From NCBI GenBank assembly GCA_964016885.1, contig OZ024740.1, positions 317,254,001 to 317,318,000 on the forward strand: a stretch of 64,000 nt of DNA. Direction: 5' to 3'. The position numbers were made by a program, and so were the translations under genes. Positions 58,394 through 64,000 of the stretch are shown here, in pieces (within the stretch, counting starts at the first letter, position 1; the number at the start of each line of letters is the position of its first letter). Source of the DNA: Eledone cirrhosa. Lineage: Eukaryota. The notes beneath the pieces are model-generated. The model searched no databases and was not told where the DNA came from. It was given only the letters and a program-made list of their open reading frames with translations.

Positions 58394-60425
58394 ATCATCA
58401 TCATCATCGTTTAACGTCCGTGTTCCATGCTTGCATGGGTTTGGATGGGAGTTTTCCCACTTGAGGCAAGAGTGGTTGTCTTGCTCGCATAGGACTGTCT
58501 GGCAGGTTTTCTACAGCTGGATGCCCTTCCTAACACCAACCACATTTACAGTGTGGGACTGGGACGTTTTTACCGTGTTGCCTACACGGTCACATTACAG
58601 CGTGGACTGTGTGTTTTTTTTTCGTGACACCTACACGATCTCATTTGTTTCGGCCTGGATTTTGTGGCCCCAACATAACTTTACATTGAAAGGGGCGGTG
58701 TGGATGGGGTGGGGGTGGTGGGACGGGGTGTATTTTGTTAGAGATGCCTACTGACTGTAGTAGGTTTTACTTTGTATTTAGGTAACGCGGGTCTTCTCTG
58801 TTACTGAGTACCGCCAAAGGTCTCAGTCCAGTGACATTGTCTTGGAGAGGTGTAAGTGTGTGAGGTCGGAATTTATCAGCTCGTCCTAGGTTTTTCTGGG
58901 TCTGCCTACTCCGTGGCTACCATCTATCTTTATTGCCCTGCACTTTGTTATACAGCTGTCGTCTTTCATGCGCATCACGTGACCATACCAACGTAGCCTT
59001 CTCTCGAGTAAACAACATCTGATCCCTCTTATTTCTAATTTTTTCCTTAGTTCGTTTATGCTTTGCCGTTCGCGTATATTACTATTACACATCCAGCGGA
59101 GCATGCAAGCTTCGTTCCTCTCTAGTCTGCGTATATCCTCTGCACACAATGCCCAGGTCTCACTGCCATGCAACATTGCTGTTCGTATGCAGGTATCATA
59201 CAACCTGCCTTTCACTTTTAGGGAGAACCCTTTAGCGGCTAATAGTGGTATAAGCTCTCTGAACTTTTTCCATCCAGTTCTGAATCTAGTTACTGTACTT
59301 TCGGAGCACCCTCCCCCACTGCTGATTTTGTCACCCAGGTAACGGAAGCTGTCCACTATTTCTATAGAACCCTCTGCGCAGTTGAAAGAGCTAGTATTTT
59401 GTGGGCACTTGCTGCTACTTATTGCACCAGAGCACCGGCCACATGTAAAATCTGTGTTCTTAGTTAGCTTACCTGTGATCCCACTACATCTTTTATGCAC
59501 CCATACTTTACATTTGGGACATAAAATGGAGTTTCTACCTACGCCTTTCCTACACACTGAGCATGGCCATTTCCCGGAAGGGACCGGCGCCTTATTTTCT
59601 TTCCTACAAACTAGAACTTTAGTCTTAGCCATGTTAATTTTAAGGCCTTTTGATTCTAGGCCGTGCTTCCATGTTTGGAATTTCTTCTCTAGCTCGGCCA
59701 TTGATTCAGCTATGAGCGTTAGGTCATCTGCATATAGGAGTTCCCATGGGCAGCCGGTCTTGAACTCCTCTGTTATAGCCTGAAGAGCAATAATGAATAG
59801 TAGGGGGCTAAGAACAGAGCCCTGATGGACACCAACTTCTACGCTAAACTCTTCACTATATTCGTTGTTAATTCTAACCTTGCTCACTGTTTCTTTATAC
59901 ATGGCTTGTATAGCTCTCACAAGCCATTCGTCAACACCTAGTTTTCTAAGAGCCCACCAGATAATGGAACGGGGGACTCTGTCGAAGGCTTTCTCCAAGT
60001 CGACAAAGGCTAAGTATAGGGGTTTACTTTTAGCTAGGTACTTCTCCTGTAGTTGTCATACAATGAAAAGAGCGTCTGTGGTACTTTTGCCTGACACAAA
60101 CCCGAATTGCATTTCATCTAGATCGATTCTCTCTCTGATTAGTTGCACTATTACTTTTTCCGTGACCTTCATGACCTGGTCGATTAATTTAATCCCTCTA
60201 TAGTTACTCCTATCTAGGGCGTCTCCTTTACCCTTGTAACAGTTAATGATGATGCTGCTACGCCAGTCCTTCGGAACAACCCCATTCTGTATGGCTTGGT
60301 TTACTATCCGGGTGACGATGGTGTGTCCCACCGTTCCAGAGGCCTTCAGCATCTGAGCGACTATTTCCGAAGGCCCAGCCGCCTTACCCGTCTTCATATC
60401 TTTGATCGCCTTACTTATTATACTA
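58394..60425 (-). mobile_element. RTE LINE subfamily B, 5'-truncated, with nonsense mutations
   Basis: ORF pieces 60056-60397 and 58886-59998; premature stops near 60057 and 58887; (TA)n both sides. Confidence 0.95.
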
Positions 60426-60513
<88 letters not shown>

Positions 60514-60518
60514 GTATG

Positions 60519-60553
<35 letters not shown>

Positions 60554-60662
60554 GTATATATATATGTATATATATATGTATATATATATGTATATATATA
60601 TGTATATATATATGTATGTATATATATATGTATATATATATATACATATGTATATATATATG

Positions 60663-60699
<37 letters not shown>

Positions 60700-60765
60700 G
60701 TGTGTGTGTATATATATATATATGTGTGTATATATATATATATATGTATATCTATATATGAGCGA

Positions 60766-60853
60766 GCTTCCTGAAGAATCCGGCGCGCGAGTTTATATAA
60801 TTATTACATAATTATTGGAAAACTCAAAACACGGACGAAACCATGGTAGAGGT
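60766..60853 (+). ncRNA. Type-I hammerhead ribozyme with long stem II
   Basis: GCTTC-CTGAAGA-A-TCCG..GAGTTT...AAACTC..CGGA-C-GAAA-CCATGG-TA-GAGGT. Palindromic stem III, GUA site, A.C at the base of stem II. Confidence 0.7.
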
Positions 60854-61179
60854 ATTTAAATGTATTCTATTTCTCCTAGTTTATTTGAAACCTAATTCTG
60901 ACTGTATCTAGGCGATTACGCTGTCGAAATATTCGATAATTATTCCACTACGGCCGATGCGAAGTGCTAGTTTTGGTTATTTGTCGGAGATTCCTTCATA
61001 GAAGCCTCATTCTTATAGCCTGGTCTATTCGATTTTTTATATAGTTAATTATGCTAATTGGGAGAGGAAATAGTATATATTTTATCTTGTGACTCTATAG
61101 ACACGTTTTATGATATATATATATATATATATATATATGTGTATATATATATATATGTGTGTATATATATATATGTGTG

Positions 61180-61268
<89 letters not shown>

Positions 61269-61269
61269 T

Positions 61270-61314
<45 letters not shown>

Positions 61315-61455
61315 GTATATATGTATATATATGTATATATGTATATATATGTATATATGTATATATATGTATATATGTATATATATATATATATGTATAT
61401 ATATATGTATATATATATATATATGTATATATATATGTATATATATATATATATA

Positions 61456-61573
<118 letters not shown>

Positions 61574-61583
61574 TATATGTATA

Positions 61584-61647
<64 letters not shown>

Positions 61648-61649
61648 TT

Positions 61650-62568
61650 TTACAGCAGGATCTGGATGCCATATACAAATGGGCGGAAGAAAACAACATG
61701 CAGTTTAATGCTGGCAAATTCCAAGCCCTACAATACAAACCTCCAAACAAACCTGCAAACACAAATATAGTGGAACGCAACTACACAGGACCAAGAGGGA
61801 TCGATATCCCCGTGTCAAAATCGATACGAGACCTGGGCATAGACATGAGCGATGATGCATCTTTTTCTTCACACATCATGAAAGTGGCGACAATGTGCAG
61901 ACGACTCGCTGGCTGGATCTTGAGGACTTTCCGGACAAGAGATCGAGACACCATGTTGACACTATGGAGGACATTTGTCCTAAGCCGCCTGGACTAGTGC
62001 TCCCAGTTGTGGTCACCCCATAGTGTCAAACTAACCACGGAACTTGAGGCAATCCAGCGAAGCTACACCAAGAGGATTGCCAAGATGAGGGAGACAAGCT
62101 ACTGGGAGAGGCTAAAGGAACTGAACCTCTACTCCTTGGAGCGAAGACGAGAGAGATACACAGTGATCTACATGTGGAAAATCCTGGCATTGGGAGCTGG
62201 ACCAACTGTCGAACAGGACGTCACTGTGTGGTGCCAAAGGTACCGTCTTCCACATCTAGAATAAGGAGCAGGTATTGCAATAGCCTGGGATTCAAGGGCC
62301 CTCAACTCTTCAACAGGCTGCCGAGGGATCTGAGAGATTTGCATGACGTGGAGGTGGATGTCTTCAAGAAACATCTCGACACCTTGTTATCCAGGATTCC
62401 GGATGAGCCCACAGCAAGACACGAGGGAAACCTAAGGGCAGCAGCAACAAACTCCCTCTTACATCAGTGGCCAACCTATACAGGCTGGAGATAAAATGTG
62501 TAGCAACAAGGGCGGTGCCCCAGCATGGCCTCAGCCAGATGGCTGAACCAGGTAAAAGATTAAAAGAG
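61650..62568 (+). mobile_element. CR1-group LINE 3' fragment
   Basis: [67 protein letters not shown]; stop and frameshift present; flanked by (TA)n. Confidence 0.9.
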
Positions 62569-62692
62569 TATATATATGTATATATATATATATGTGTATA
62601 TATATATGTATATATATATATATGTGTCTATATATATATGTGTCTATATATATATGTGTCTATATATATATGTGTCTATATATATATATGTG

Positions 62693-62723
<31 letters not shown>

Positions 62724-62874
62724 GTGTGTATATATATATATATGTATATATATATGTGTATATATATATATATATGTGTATATATATGTGTATATATATA
62801 TATATGTGTATATATATGTGTATATATATATATATATGTGTATATATATGTATATATATATATATATATATGTG

Positions 62875-62921
<47 letters not shown>

Positions 62922-62925
62922 GTAT

Positions 62926-63279
62926 ATTAGGCAGACCCAGAAAAACCTGGGACGACTTGATAAATTCCAACCTCACACACTTACACCTCTCCAAGACAAT
63001 GTCACTGGACCGAGATGTTTGGCGGTACACAGTAATAGAGAAGACCCACCTTACCTAAATACAAAGTAAAACCTACTACAGTCAGTAGGCACCTCTAACA
63101 AAATACAGCCCCGTCCCACTACCCCCACCCCATCCACACCACCCCTTTCAATGTAAAGTTATGTTGGTACCACAACATCCAGGCCGAAACAAATGAGGTC
63201 GTGTAGGTGTCACAACAAAAAAACACACAGTCCACGCTGTAATGTGGCCGTATAGGTAACACGGTAAAAACCTCCCAGT
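62926..63279 (+). mobile_element. RTE-B 3' fragment lacking its tail
   Basis: [22 protein letters not shown] plus part of the 3'UTR. Confidence 0.9.
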
Positions 63280-63843
63280 TGAGGCAAGAGTGATTGTCTT
63301 GCTCGCATAGGACTGTCTGGCAGGTTTTCTACAGTTGGATGCCCTTCCTAACACCAACCACATTTCCAGTGTGGGTCTGGGAGGTTGTTACCGTGTTGCC
63401 TACACGGCCACATTACAGCGTGGACTGTGTGTTTTTTTTGTTGTGACACCTACACGATCTCATTTGTTTCGGCCTGGATGGTGTGGCACCAACATAACTT
63501 TACATAGAAGAGGGCGGTGTGGATGGGGTGGGGGTCGGAGTGGTGGGACGGGGGTGTATTTTGTTAGAGATGCCTACTGACTGTAGTAGGTTTTACTTTG
63601 TATTTAGGTAAGGCGGGTCTTCTCTATTACTGAGTACCGCCAAAGGTCTCGGTCCAGTGACATTGTCTTGGTGAGGTGTAAGTGTGTGAGATCAGAGTTT
63701 ATCAGCTCGTCCCAGGTTTTTCTGGGTCTGCCTATTCCGTGGCTACCGTCTATCTTTATTGCCCTGCACTTTGTTATACAGCTATCGTCCTTCATGCGCA
63801 TCACGTGACCATACCAACGTAGCCTTCTCTCGAGTAAACAACA
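63280..63843 (-). mobile_element. RTE-B 3' fragment lacking its tail, fused tail-to-tail with the previous copy
   Basis: ORF 63604-63804; 3'UTR stops at tgaggcaagag. Confidence 0.9.
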
Positions 63844-63877
63844 AATGTGTATATATATATATATGTGTGTGTATATA

Positions 63878-63932
<55 letters not shown>

Positions 63933-63947
63933 ATATATATATATATA

Positions 63948-63980
<33 letters not shown>

Positions 63981-64000
63981 GTGTATATATATATATATAT

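Overview
AT-rich, repeat-saturated animal genomic DNA. It is most likely octopus/cephalopod; this is inferred from the huge interrupted (TA)n/(CA)n tracts, RTE LINEs with (GAT)n tails and tRNA-derived SINEs. I found no convincing host exon. Nearly all ORFs in the track are microsatellite translations or antisense shadows of LINE ORFs. Real content: (1) More than 10 young, 5'-truncated RTE-clade LINE copies from at least two subfamilies. Their reverse transcriptase carries a PHD-type C4HC3 zinc finger inserted between RT subdomains 6 and 7, and most copies sit in (TA)n tracts. (2) At least 10 minimal type-I hammerhead ribozyme motifs on both strands, mostly in short (TA)n-flanked elements, often in inverted or fold-back arrangements. 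Five share a 3-bp + C.C mismatch stem II. A Penelope-like GIY-YIG endonuclease fragment in the window is a candidate mobiliser family. (3) A 5S rRNA-RTE tail chimera split by a TTAA (piggyBac-type) MITE. (4) tRNA/CORE SINEs, a CR1-like LINE fragment, a non-autonomous Helitron, hAT and Tc/mariner MITEs, two minisatellites and several long perfect palindromes. All calls were made by eye; coordinates of degenerate repeats are approximate.
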